DNA of 64,000 nt from Macrostomum lignano (taxonomy: Eukaryota), in NCBI GenBank assembly GCA_002269645.1, contig NIVC01002877.1, positions 15,777 to 79,776 of the forward strand, written 5' to 3'. Under the pieces are notes generated by a model. It did not search any database. It was given only the letters and a program-made list of their open reading frames with translations, and had not been told where the DNA came from. Made by a program: the position numbers and the translations under genes. Within the stretch, counting starts at the first letter, position 1. The number at the start of each line of letters is the position of its first letter. This document shows positions 1 to 12,416 of this stretch, in pieces.

Positions 1-69
1 ATTTTCTAGTTAAAAAAATATTGTACATGTGCAGTACATGTATATATAAATGCGATGTTGCCGTGGACT

Positions 70-540
70 TGTCGGGACTGCCTTCGGTTCCGTGAGGGCT
101 GTCATACAGTCTGAGGCCCTGCCTGACCGCCAGAGGGCGGTGTTGTTCCAGGCGGCGATCGAGACCGTCCTGTTGTACAACGCCAAGATCGGGACGCTGA
201 CGGATTCGCTCGAACAGCAGGTCGCTCGAACAGCAGGCACGCTGGCCTGCTGCGCGCCGCCTTCAAGATCGCTTACTAGCGAGTCACCAACGCAATAATC
301 TCGGCCTGTTCCATCCCAGCGAACTGTTGTGCCTAGGATTATCCGAGCTGATCGAGTCGTACTGCCCAACTGCCTGCCACAACGGGCGCGGGTGCAGGAG
401 GTGCGCTGCTGCTGATCGCTGCAGGCGCCCTACCGCGGCGAGGCAGGCACGCACTCGGCATTTCATCGACTGCCTGTTGGCTGATGCCATGGCCAGCGCC
501 CCGGACACTGCTGGCGGTGCGGCCTACGTTCGCGCCCAGG
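70..540 (+). mobile_element. Degenerate RTE-like non-LTR retrotransposon remnant (C-terminal pol region)
   Basis: The translation LFQAAIETVLLYNAKIGTLTDSLEQQV...(L)RAAFKI and later RTRHFIDCLLAD resembles the post-RT region of RTE-clade LINEs. A homologous segment occurs at ~29230-29700. It is frameshifted and the boundaries are approximate. Confidence 0.55.
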
Positions 541-1920
541 CCCTGTATACGCGCCCTGTGACATTGTCCATCGCTTGACTGCTGGCTGACAATGTACATG
601 TATTTTGTTGTGTTGTTGTGTTGCATGTACGAGTATTGTACATGTGCATGTACATACACGTGTAACATCAATTTACAGCAAGGTAGGTACTCCAAGTACT
701 TGTAATCAATTGTTCAATTTACGTAATATAGTTTTGTTGATTCAGTTGTGATAAACTACATGTAGCTCGTTAAAGAAATATCCTGCAGCAGAATATTTGT
801 AAAGAATATAAAGAATTAGGGCCTAAAATAATATCTTGGTTCGAATGAGCCGTATAAGCACAGCTGGAGTATTTAGTACATGTACAATATATATTGGTTG
901 AAGCTGTCGTTGCAAGGGGGATATAACCAGCTTCAGTTTTGATAAAAAATGCCACTGCTAAAACAATAAATATCCTTATCAAATGTCCTGATTATCAAGT
1001 TTACGTGTAACAGCTAGTAAAAGAGCGAAATACATATATATGCATGCAGTTGGTTGGTTTGTCACAACGCGAGCTCTTTGCAAGACGCAAATAAAAAAGC
1101 AGCGCTGGTTGCCCCATGGTTTGACATTAGCTAGACTTACATGTAGGATGTCTGATTGCCCGAGATATCTGTCCGGTCAAGCGCCAATAAGTAAATGCCT
1201 GGACTGAGGCACTTTCAGTGTACATTTTAGCTCATGCATGGTGTACACTTTCACGAGGAGCATAGATGTATATGCAGAAATATTTTTTAGTATTTACGAC
1301 TATGTAGCTGTTGTATAAAATTTACTTCCTAGCAAAGCAATTGCCGGTTACTCATGCATGCAGCTGAAGCTAGTGTAAATCAGCTTCAGTCGATCATTGA
1401 AAGTTCGGAACGACGTAAAAAGTAAAATTTTAGAAGGCTCAAAAGGCACGCGTTTTTCTATACAATATCTGGGAGTGTCAAAGCAGGAGTTTACAGAAAC
1501 AGTTAGTGAGAATTGGGGGCGTCCAGGGGGCTGGGGTACATGTACTGTACATGTAAGAACGTGCGAGCTGGCCAGAAATATTGTACAAAGGACATATTGA
1601 GGCGTTCAATGAAGCATGGTGCTTTCAGAGCACATATGCTGCATATGAAGATGGAGCTCGAGTTTTTAGGAGCGCAGAGCATTAAGTCAATCAATAATTA
1701 ATAATAAAAACTGATTACACCTGCCCTAATTAGACAGATGATGTGCAACCAACCAGCTCAGCCGCAGCTATTGCGCGGCGCACCTGAAGGCTGCGTACGG
1801 CTGTTCAGTCCAAGGACTGGGGGGTCGCCACACACCCTCAATTACCCCAGCTAATCCTGGCACCCATTTTACCACTGGGCCCTGCGCACTCGGGGCTGCT
1901 CCGTGCATGAAAATATTAAT

Positions 1921-2271
1921 TGTTAACAAGAGATTCTTAAGAACTGAGAACTCAGCACTTGACGGCTAGCCTCGCAATTGACAATCGTAGCAGAACAAAA
2001 TCAAAAGGGTACGCGCAGTCTACTCTTGAGCAAGAATAAATATAAATAAATTATATTTATTCTCAATATAATATATGGCGGGGTTGACACAGGCTTTAGC
2101 GGGGGGGTTGTAAGTGTGCATGACTTGCAATGTACGTTATAACAAATCAATATGGAGGCGGTGAGAAAAGGTGGCGTGAGGCGCGGAGGGTGGCAGGTCC
2201 ACTAGGCGAAGCATGAGTATAAGTAAAAGTACTGACGTACAATCAATAAGAAACCTTCACTCTTCAATCCA
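1921..2271 (-). repeat. 3' LTR of BEL/Pao element
   Basis: Matches 6416-6766. I see only two substitutions (gagcaag/gagctag; ggtccac/ggtcccc). Confidence 0.95.
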
Positions 2272-2284
2272 TACCTCCCTTCTT
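2272..2284 (-). other. Polypurine tract
   Basis: The minus strand reads AAGAAGGGAGGTA immediately before the TG of the 3' LTR. Confidence 0.8.
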
Positions 2285-2919
2285 GGCATGAGCACATGCC
2301 AACAACAAAGAGCACCTCGAACAAAGATCTTAAAAATGGAAACATTCAATTATTATAGTACCGCGTACTTTTCAGGAAAAAAGTTAAATCGCTAGGATGG
2401 AATACGCTTGACAAAATGACAAAGTAAAAATAGGATCAAATAATTAGGTTAGTAAACGAATCACGGGGATGCGATAAATATTCGAATTAAATTAGCAAAC
2501 GTGAATGAACCTGAAACGTAGCGTACAGTGCGATGAAATGAGCAATGAATGAGAAATGAGGATAAACGCCAAAAAAGCAAAAAAACACAAAAAACATGAA
2601 AAACAGAAAACAAACACAAAAAACAGACAACAAAAACTCCCAAGTCAGCAGACATGAAAAAAACACAATGCGATAGAACCAAACTGGATTTAATGCGCAG
2701 GGAAGCAAAACTCTCAAAAGCCACAAAAGAAAAATTTAGCGCCAAAATGTAGCGCCAACCCATCACCAAAATAGCTTGAAACTGAAAACATCGAAAATTG
2801 AAACGCATGCAACGGCTAATCAAAAGTTACAGAAATAATCGCTAAGTCGCACAAATTTTTCAATAAATTAAAGTTTTGCCAAAATCTTAACTAGTCAGTT
2901 CTAAAGCCTCACTTCGTGA

Positions 2920-5116
2920 TTAGCGGACGCAGCCTCGCAGTCGGCCTCGCGGAGGCCTTGCCAACCAGCTGCACTTTTGCAACTCGCACCCGTCTCTCCG
3001 CGGCAGCCAGCAGATGGTTGCGAATCGAGCTGTCTCGCCTTGCATGCAGATGCGCCGCTTTGAGCTCGAGAACCTGGTCGCCATGGTCGGGTCTAATCGT
3101 CTGACCGCTGATCGTTCCTCATTCATGCTAACGACTGTGCTCCGACCAGTCACCCTTTGTCCATGCCACCAGCTGTCAACCTCCGTCAGCTGCTTCGCTG
3201 AAGTTCCTTGAGACAACGCATCAGCTGGATGGAATTCGGTCGTGACACACCTCCACTGGTCCGGATCTGTGACAAACTTGGTCTCTCCAATGCGGTTCGC
3301 ACCAAACGGCTGGTCAAATTTAAAGGTGCACTCTTTCCGATCGCTTCTTAATTCTACACCAAGCGTCTTGATGGATGGCATCGGTGTCCATTCCAATGTT
3401 ACTTCGGCTACTCGATCTTCTGGTGGCACTCTGCTCAACAATTCTCGCGAATTGGACATCCATTTCCTGGAGTGCATGCCTGCACGCTCCCAGCGAGTCT
3501 TCAACTCTTGAAACAGCTGGATCGCCTCAGCCTCTGACCCGACCGAATCTAAACAATCGTCCATATAGGTGGAGTTGAGAACAGCGTCTGCAGCTAATGG
3601 CAGCTCTTCTTTCAGGCGTTCCGCATGCTCACGAACTACGAACTGAGCAAGAAACGGCGAGCTCGAGTTGCCGAAAACGATGCGTTTGGTCTCAAAAATT
3701 TCAACAGGCTTGCTAGAGTCCATCTCACGGCATAGAAAGCTATGCGTCGGCCTGTCCTCTGGCGCCATTTCGATCTGGAGGTACATCTCGGAGATGTCAC
3801 AAGCCACAGCCACTGCATCTCTCCTGAAGCGAAGCAGAACGTCAAACAATTCTCGCTGAAGCTTCGGCCCTGGGAAGACCAGAAAGTTTAACGACTTTTC
3901 GTTCCCGCCCGCCGAGGCATCGAAGACGATTCGAACCTTTTTCGTCAGCTTGTCGAATCGAATGATCGGAAAATGCAGCAGAAAACACCTTCTGGCTGTG
4001 AACCCCTCTACTGCAACGTGCCGAATGTAGCCTTGTTGCCCATATCGCTCTAGGCATGCTTGGTATTGCTTTGCCACCTCCAGATCCTTCTTCAACCGGG
4101 TCTCCGTGTTACAAAGCTGTATGATCGCCATCTCATAGTTATTCGAGCGAACTTTCGCCTCTGGCTTCCACGGAATTCCCACCTGGTATCGGCCGTTTGT
4201 TAGCTTTAATGAAGACTTGGCTTGCTCGACTACAGCTTGCTCATCCGCTGTCCAATTTTGATCTTGAGCTGGCCGGATTTCTTCGACCTCCCAGAACTTG
4301 CGCAGCACTGGTGACAGCATCTCCTCGCTGGTGACACAGAAAAATGTGCTGGCCAAGTTTGTCTGATGCTGAATCTGTTCTACTGGACCCACACCTGTCC
4401 ATCCAAGGGGAGTCAAACGTGCCTGTGGCTCCCCAGGGCCACCGCGAACTTCTCGGTAAGACACGTGTAACTCCGCATGATCTACTCCTATCAGCAGGTC
4501 TATGAGATGCGGCGCATGGAGCTGAGGAAATGGAAATACGCTCCAGATGTTTCCAATCCACTGCTGTCGTCTGCCAATCCGTGGCCTTCAGCTTCCCGGT
4601 GACACTGTCTGTCGTGAATGCCGTGATAGGACGACTCAGACTTCCATCTACACTTTCGAGCGTCATCGTAACCGGAGCTGTCAAGAATGCCTCTGTCTGT
4701 CCGTTCAAAACGTTCACTTTCAGTCGCTCCACATTGCCCTCCAGTCCCAGAGCTTCAGCAATCTCTGCATTCACATACGTCCTTGTACTCGCGTCGTCCA
4801 ACAGTGCGTTCACCTTCACTACACGGCCGCCTGCCTTGAGAACTACTGGAACTGTTCGCAGCGACGTTGCACTTCCACTTCCTGCCATCATAGTTACGGC
4901 GGCTCCTTTGCGACCCGACTCAGCGCTCTTTTTGCCTCCTTCGGTCGGAGAATTCTTCTTCGACTCAGTTTTTGCAGCCTCGTCAGAATGCAGCAAGCGG
5001 TGGTGAAACTTGTTGCATTCACCTATTCCACATCGGCGTCCATGACGGCATATCCGAGCAGCATGACCGCGAGCTAAGCAGAAAAGCATGATTTCGAATC
5101 TTGCGCAGCCTTCCAC
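2920..5116 (-). pseudogene. BEL/Pao pol remnant: aspartic protease + reverse transcriptase; RNase H mostly deleted, integrase absent
   Basis: Protease motif VNALLDDASTRTYV. A frameshift near 4535 restores LIDLLIGVD...ARLTPLGWT. RT motifs VRIVFDAS, DISEMYLQI and YMDD are present. The sequence jumps from KTLG..CTFKF directly to ANRIGE..QWR..PAD..WWHG. No DDE integrase is visible. Confidence 0.9.
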
Positions 5117-6206
5117 CGATTTTCAATTGACAGCTGTCTAAATGTTGGACACTTCCACAGCTCATGTTGATCTTGACACAGCAAACAAGATTTTGACGGA
5201 GACGCTTGTTGATTATCTGCAAGAAACGTTTTGGACCGCGTCTCCTTCTTAACCTTCTTTTCACTCGTCACACCGTGCACAATCTCCATGGCTTCTGTCT
5301 GGAAAGCGGCCTCCATCAGCACCCACTCACGTAACATCTTTACGCTCTCTTGCCTATGTCCTTCGAATAGCCAACGCCGGTAACGCGCCACCATCTGCTC
5401 AGGGAGCTTCTTCTGCAACTTTGCGTACAACAACCCGTCAGTCAATTCTGAGACCTTACCAGACTCTCGAGATTGACAACTGCGACATCTAACAGATTAG
5501 AGAATTGCTTAAGCTCTTTTGCATTGGTGGAGCGGATGGGTGGAAAGTTATCGAGCTCTTCAAGATACAGAGCGATACGTCGGCGGCTGCCCCCAAATTC
5601 GCGTTCCAACCTGTCTTTGGCAGCCTCGTAAGCAGCGGCAGAGTGACCCAGATGTTCGACTAATTTCAAAGCCGGCCCTTGAAGATATTGACGGAGTTGA
5701 AGCAATATGAACTCCGGCTTGGCAGGAGCTCTATCAATACAAGCAGTAAAGGCGGCTTTCCAAGATTCGTACTGCTGCTTTTCGCCGCCGAACTTTGGGA
5801 TCTCTACACGCCGAAGCATCTTCCAAAGATCCTTTGCTAACTCGGCTTCACCGCTGCTAGTCTGAGAATGGCCCGCCTCACTTACAGAGTCATCAATACT
5901 ACTGGCACTCACAACCGGCATTGCCGTAGCCGCAGTCGCCGCCGTCGTCGCCGTCGTTGCAGTCGCCGCAGTCGCGGCAGTCGCCACAGGCGCAGCAGTC
6001 ACGGCAGTCTGATGAGCAGTGATGAATTGAGTGACACATTTCATAGTGTCTTGAAACTGCTGCTCCACTTGATCCAGCTCGTCCAGAAGTTTGTCTCGAG
6101 CTTCTTCTGTGGCTTCTTGCTGAAGGAGCTCATCATAGAATTTATCAAGTAGCTTCACGCACTCATGCTGCAGTGGCTGCATCGCACGCTTGCTGGATCG
6201 CTTCAT
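5074..6206 (-). pseudogene. BEL/Pao gag remnant (frameshifted)
   Basis: VEIPKFGGEKQQYESWKAAF...LQLRQYLQGPA (Pao gag, DUF1759-like) and zinc knuckles CLLCQDQHELWKC and CFSA/CLARGH..C. Frameshifts at ~5442 and ~5100. Confidence 0.85.
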
Positions 6207-6393
6207 GATCGGTGTCGCTTTGTAGCAACAGTACCAGCCGGTTTCGAGTCCTAGTTGCTGCAGACTTCGTTCTTGCCTTCACTCGTCGAAACTGTTCGAT
6301 GCGAAGCCGCTCCTCAGTGCTGATCTCTTTTTATTCTTCATCTTCTGAGCAGCCAGTCTGCTGCTGATTCGATTCGTGGCTGGCCATTTACCT

Positions 6394-6412
6394 AAACCAC
6401 GCTCTGCTACCA
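6394..6412 (-). promoter_or_regulatory. Primer-binding site complementary to initiator tRNA-Met
   Basis: Plus-strand AAACCACGCTCTGCTACCA matches the typical 3' end of invertebrate tRNA-iMet (...CUCUGCUACCA). It lies 3 nt inside the 5' LTR. Confidence 0.85.
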
Positions 6413-6415
6413 AAA

Positions 6416-6766
6416 TGTTAACAAGAGATTCTTAAGAACTGAGAACTCAGCACTTGACGGCTAGCCTCGCAATTGACAATCGTAGCAGAACAAAATCAAA
6501 AGGGTACGCGCAGTCTACTCTTGAGCTAGAATAAATATAAATAAATTATATTTATTCTCAATATAATATATGGCGGGGTTGACACAGGCTTTAGCGGGGG
6601 GGTTGTAAGTGTGCATGACTTGCAATGTACGTTATAACAAATCAATATGGAGGCGGTGAGAAAAGGTGGCGTGAGGCGCGGAGGGTGGCAGGTCCCCTAG
6701 GCGAAGCATGAGTATAAGTAAAAGTACTGACGTACAATCAATAAGAAACCTTCACTCTTCAATCCA
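6416..6766 (-). repeat. 5' LTR of BEL/Pao element
   Basis: Direct repeat of 1921-2271 with TG...CA ends. Confidence 0.95.
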
Positions 6767-6929
6767 TTAATTGTTAATGAAAGTATGACAAAGGAATAAG
6801 GTATGCCTTCTGAATGTTATCCAGTGGCCATGTGTTATATTTGATGAATAAAATCCGCTTTGAAATCATCAAGTTGTCGTCAATGCGAGCGGACATGATA
6901 ATTACCATTGTTTATTTCAGTACGCCAAA

Positions 6930-9900
6930 CTACCCAGCATATAGTGCAAATTCAGCTAAGCTGACTTCTCTTCTGTCCCTTTCGTTATAACTATGGTTGA
7001 TCTTCATATATTTCACATTCGAAGCAGCGCACTCGTGCATTGAGTACGGATGCACAAAGTCTGTGTGGATGTAACATCGAGTAAGCTCTTGTTTATTGGA
7101 ATTATATAGAGTGATTTGCAGATTTCTGGAAGACGAAACATCGTAATATTTTCTGGGCCAAACGATGAAGCTTTTTACTTTATTCGCCACTTGGTCGAGT
7201 GTGTACTGCCAGTGACCGCGGTACTCTTGAGTGCCAGCCGGTGCGTGGAGTATGTGAATTGTTACTCCGTATGTGTTCACATCGTTATCGATAGTTTTTT
7301 CACACTCGTCAAAGCTCGGATCGCATCTCATGCGTATCTTGCCTGAAAGAATGTTAGTATGAGTATTCGTATGGGTCAAACTGTACTTCAGTAAAAGCAG
7401 TAAACACTAGTTTTTAGCTATATACAGCTCCAGTTTACTTACGGTAACATTTATCGGTGCCAAAGGTAGACCCAGAGTTGGGGCACAGGTCACAATGCGC
7501 CATTCCAATACGGCGTTTCAGAGCGAAGTTCAAATCACAATTGTGGCATCCTTTGGCACCGGATTCGCTGACGTACGTGCCAGCGGGACATTTCGAGCAC
7601 TCGCTGCTGCCTGAGCTGTTTGAGAAAGTGCCTGCAGGGCACAGAGTGCAGTTAGCAGCGTTTCCAACTGAGAATGAGCCTCCTTTGCACAGCTGGCAAG
7701 ATGCAGAGCCAGCGTTACTCCAGCTTCCAGCAGGGCACTGGCTGCAGTTGGTTGAGCCCACTCGGTCAGCAAAGGTCCCAGAAGGACAAACGGTGCATTC
7801 CGATGCAGCAGCATCGGAAAACTTCCCCAGCGGACACATTCTCTGCTCCGAACGGCCTTCCGTGTCGACGTACCACCCTGGCATGGCGCTCTTACAGTGC
7901 GTCTGGTTTGCCAGTGGCTGGTAGAATCCCCGGGGACACGGGGTGCAAGAAGCTGATCCGGCGCGACTGGAATAGCTGCCTTTGGCACAAAAAGTGCAAT
8001 TTACCGATCCCGCGCTGGGATTGAACGAGCCTGCAGGGCACTGGCTGCAGTTTGTTGAGGATATTTGGTCAGCAAAGCTCCCAGCAGGGCACGGGGTGCA
8101 AGAAGCTGACCCAGCCCTACTGGAATAGCTGCCTTCGGCACACGAAGTGCAGTTTACCGATCCCGCGCTGGGAGTAAACGAGCCTGCAGGGCACTTGGCG
8201 CAAGGGATGCCCTCGGCTGGACTGAACTCGCCCCTCTTGCAGTTGTTGGCGCAGCTCACTGAGCCCTCAGCACTCGACGTTCCAGCAGGGCAAGCACTGC
8301 AAGATTTCTGCCCTGGATTGTCGGCGAAGAACCCCGATGAGCACAACTGGCACTGCGCCTGTCTCTCTGCTTTATTGAACTGTCCGACTGGACATGGAGT
8401 GCACTCCGTTTGACCTCGCTGAGCTGCGAACAAGCCGGCACTGCAGGCCCCGCACGAAGTTGATCCGTTAAACCTGCTCGCTGTTCCAACATGGCACTTC
8501 TGGCACTGTACCGATCCTGGCTTGGAAGCGAAATTTCCTGGACTGCAGAGCATGCAATTCACAGTCGCTTGTGATGCAGAAAAACTTCCAGGAGCGCATG
8601 CCAAGCAGTTATGATTTCCCGTTGTGTTCTTGAAATTTCCTGGTTGGCAGGGCACACACAGGTTTTCCTTGCTGTCACTCAGTTGGTAGCCAACTGGACA
8701 CTCTGGCAAGCACTGCACTGTCCTGACTCTTCTGCCCCCAATAGAATTCCACAATTCAACGCGCGAATTGCGACACTGGAAGCAGCTCGTGTCATCTTTT
8801 GCTAGATTGCAGTCGATGCACTCTTTGTGACAATCCAGGATGCAGTGACCATCAACCAGCTTGTAGTTATTGTTCAAACACTCCACCTGCGGCATGTCCT
8901 TGGTGAGGTGAATGTCCATCAGCGACACAGACTTCGAGCCCGCTCCGAACGTGTAGAAAGACAGGCGGCTGTACTGACTGTCCGATCGGAACTTGTACCC
9001 AGAGTAGACGGTGCCGATCTCGCTGTTCGAGCCCGCCTTACCGAACTGCATTAGAACTGATCCATTGGCCTGATTCACACACAAGAAGTAAGACTGGTAC
9101 AGGTTCTTGTCTCCAAGTGTCCCCATTCCCTTCTGATAGTCTCTCTTTTGCGGTTTCATTGCTTTGTAGAATATCACTCCATCCATATTGATCTGCAGGT
9201 AGTACCATGTTGTGTGGTCTCTTGGTATGGACGCGAATATAACAAAGATGTCTCCAGCAGTCGCAGCCGTAAAGTAAAGACAGTTTTCTTCCCGATCAGG
9301 GTCCAGTCTGTGAGAGTTCAACCACCGAACGTTGCACGGAATTGACGCCGCATCAGTCGAGTCTGTGCCTTTTTGTCCTTCTACCCGAGAAGCCCTAGCA
9401 ACAGTGGTACCTTCTATCCAATCTGGAAAGGTTGGGTTGCGGCGCTTTGATGCAATAAAGTCCAGCGGATCGATATGGAAGAAGCCTGTCTCCTCCTCAT
9501 AGGTGAGGATGATGCTCCAGATACAGATCTTAGTCTCAGCTGGCTTGAAGCCTTCGAGCTGACAGCCTTCGTACAGGTGTGCATGATGATGCCCTGGCTC
9601 AGTCGCAAACCACCTGTTTTTTAGATAAGTCATCACATACTTGGCTTGCGATTTCAACAAGTTCGGAATATCCTGAGGCAGATCAAATGAGATTAAAAAC
9701 GGGGATTTCTTGAGCTGCAGAAACGTCAGTGTGTTGTTATTTGAGTTGAACACGTCGATCTTGGCCAGTGTAGAGCTCTCACAACCGGGTTGCCCTGCTT
9801 TCAACTCGTGCGAGGAAGTTGGGAAAGGACCTTCCGTCATGTACGCAGCTACGGCCTTCTCCAGTGAGAGTCTTCGTCTCTTTAGAGCGTTCTTAAAGTT

Positions 9901-11664
9901 TTCCTGGTTCTTGTATTTGCAGTAGATTTTAACCAATTTAGTTTTAGTCTTATTGTTAGCAAAGTAAGTCTCCTCATCGAGGTAGTAGCGACGACGAGTT
10001 TTGGGCTCCGTCAAAATATTCACTTTGCTTCCCGCACTTCCAATACAGCCAAAGTCGCGGTTTCCAGCCGGAAACAGGTCGTCCATGTTCATGTCGAACA
10101 GCTGATCGATGGGCTTCAGCTTGAACTCGAACGGCTTCACATAGTCATTGATGGAGGCGATCCACCTGTGGTACAGCTGCTTGAATGCCGGAGTGTAAAA
10201 GTCAATGAGGGCTTCTGCGATCTCCGGAGTTCCTCCCTGAGCCTCGACGGTTGTCTGAGTAAACTCGGACTCGCTGGAACTGTGAGACTCTTGATTATGT
10301 TCTTTTCTTGTGCTTCTGTGCTGGCTCTCCAACCTTTCACTGCTCGATTTTGTTGTAGTCGTTTTCTTGGGGCCAAGACCCAAAAAGCCCGTCCGGGTGG
10401 TTTTCTGAGAATTTTTTGACTGCAGCGATGAAAACATTGACTGGAACTCGGTCTCAGCCAGACTGGCAAACTCTTCCGACGACGCAAACTTGTTTGTCTT
10501 TGCTCTCTTTGTGATTTTTAGCTGACCGCCGAACTTTCCAGACCGGATAAAATGCGTGCCCCAGCGTAGCAGAAAGTCTTGAAATTTGCTGGCAGCGCCC
10601 ACTGAAAAGTAGGACTCTGGAAGACTCATGTAGTCTCTGAGCGCAGCGAAGTTTATGTCATTAGGCTTCACATCATCCAGTGAAATTTTGTACATGATTA
10701 CACTCACATACATGATGGCAAAGAAATCCTCAGTAGAACCTTGTTTTCTTGTAGCCTGGGAATACTGTAAATTTACTGAGGCTGATTGACTGCTAGTGGT
10801 TGTTGACGAGCTGCCAGAGCTCTGCCGCCCCGCCTTAGAAGTGCTGTGCTGGCGAGATTCGCTTAAGAACAAATTTCGCTGCTCTGACAGACCGGCTTTG
10901 TCCCTGATGTAGCTCATGTACTCGTCCGCAGACCGGAACGACTTGGTCTCAGCTGTGGTCTCGAAGATGCCATACACGTTCATGGTGTCGGGCACGTCCT
11001 TGTCCAGAAAGCTGCCCATGTTGGAACAGTAGCGCTGCACCAGACTGGCTTTGCGGCTCTCGATCTTGTAGAATCCTCGTCCGTCGAAGCCGACGCCGAT
11101 GTACGCGGCAGCGTCCAGGAGGTTCATGCAGATTGTATTGCCATTGCCAGGAACCTTGCTGGAGTAGCACTTGCTAGTCTTGGGATAGGATGCACCTGTG
11201 CACCCATTCATCAACACCGGACCAACCCCCATTGGATAGACATAGACGGGCATCTTGTCTTCTGCCTCTTCCTTCATTTTTTCAGGCTCGCCCACAGTCT
11301 CCGTCATCACCCAATTCGAAGGCTGATAGTTGGAGAATCCGTTGAAGCCCTGCTCGGCCTGCAGACTGATGGATCTCGTGCCTGCTTTCTGCGTTTTTGC
11401 CGAGCGGTCTGTCAGCATGTTTTTTAGAATTTCCTTGGTGATGAGTGGGGTGGCTTGACCGTCAGTTGATTGCGTGAGATCATCCAGCAAGTCCTTGGTC
11501 TTCTTGTCTGAGTTGCTGATTGCGTTTGCAATCGCGTCTACAGCCGGACCGTACTGCTCCAGGGCGTTGGCATCGACAGTCTTGCTGGTGTCTTTTTCTG
11601 CAGCTTCAACTTGAAGAAATCCAAGCAATGCAATTGCGATCACTGCAGCCAGACAGGCGTGCAT
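6930..11664 (-). CDS. Secreted MACPF (perforin-like) protein with furin-like/ephrin-receptor-like Cys-rich repeats and a C-terminal discoidin/F-type-lectin-like domain; join(11664..7443, 7342..6930)
   Basis: ATG at 11664 is followed by a signal peptide (MHACLAAVIAIALLGFLQVEA). Motifs YIGVGFDGRG, the MACPF signature WGTHFIRSGKFGG, and PFEFKLKPIDQL are present, then ~24 C-x2-C-x2-G units. A 100-bp phase-1 intron (C|GTAAGT...TTTCAG|GC) joins in frame to a last exon ending NVKYMKI...VSLAEFALY. Confidence 0.9.
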
Positions 11665-12416
11665 TTTCGAAGCCAGCAAGTTGCTTCAGATTGAAGTAAA
11701 ATTCGATTGGTTTTTGACGCTTCTTGAATCAGTTCGAGTCGGTTCTGAAGGAGTTATGATAGCAAATATGAAAGTGAGCAATGTCCAATGTACTGAAATT
11801 TTGAAGTACGCTCGTATCTACGAGTAGATACTAAAAGCATGAAAACAGATGGGGCCCGCTCCAGATTGTTCTTTTGTCCCCACCCCCACGCTCGCGCTAC
11901 CCGTGTTCAATTGGCGATCCTCAGCTAATGTTTGACTGCATTTCTTATTTTTCCATTTGCTGAACAAGATAGATTTTGAAATTTTGAGCAAGTCAGATTG
12001 TGTTGCAGCTGAGAGTTAAGTTGAGCAGGAGACCGGAAATTCGAACCCTCTCTCTAGAAGGGGGGGCTGCTACATAAACTGAAATTTCACAACGCCGAAA
12101 ATTTGCATGGTACCTAGTACATTTTCACTATGTGAAATTTCGGTCCGATGAAATTTCGGTATTGAAAAGGCATGATTCTTTTGGCGTTGCCTTTTCGCTA
12201 GAAAGCGACCCCTCTCTCTCACTCTTCGTCTGACCATAAAGATCTAGAACTAGAAGCTACAAGCTATTAAAAGCTACTAGATCTAGATTTCCTTGGTCTT
12301 ACTCACCCACGAGTGGATGTACAAAGACCCACCCTTCCCCTCCCCTCTCGGCAAGTTTGCTTGGCCAGTCTGGCTCCAACATGCCCCCCACGGCCCACAT
12401 CCACACCAACTCCGGA

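Larger units (their letters stand above)
1921..6766 (-). mobile_element. BEL/Pao LTR retrotransposon, internally deleted, non-autonomous
   Basis: Two 351-bp direct repeats (1921-2271, 6416-6766) read TG...CA on the minus strand. A 5-bp TSD TTAAT lies at 1916-1920 and 6767-6771. PBS, PPT and Pao-type gag/protease/RT motifs lie inside. Confidence 0.95.

Noticed and set aside
770-982. Short minus-strand ORF with a signal-peptide-like start
   Set aside because: It starts at TTG in AT-rich DNA, with no recognisable domain or supported splice structure.
12030-12060. tRNA/SINE B-box-like GTTCGAA (minus strand)
   Set aside because: No cloverleaf or A-box could be built. I found no tRNA or rRNA gene in the window.
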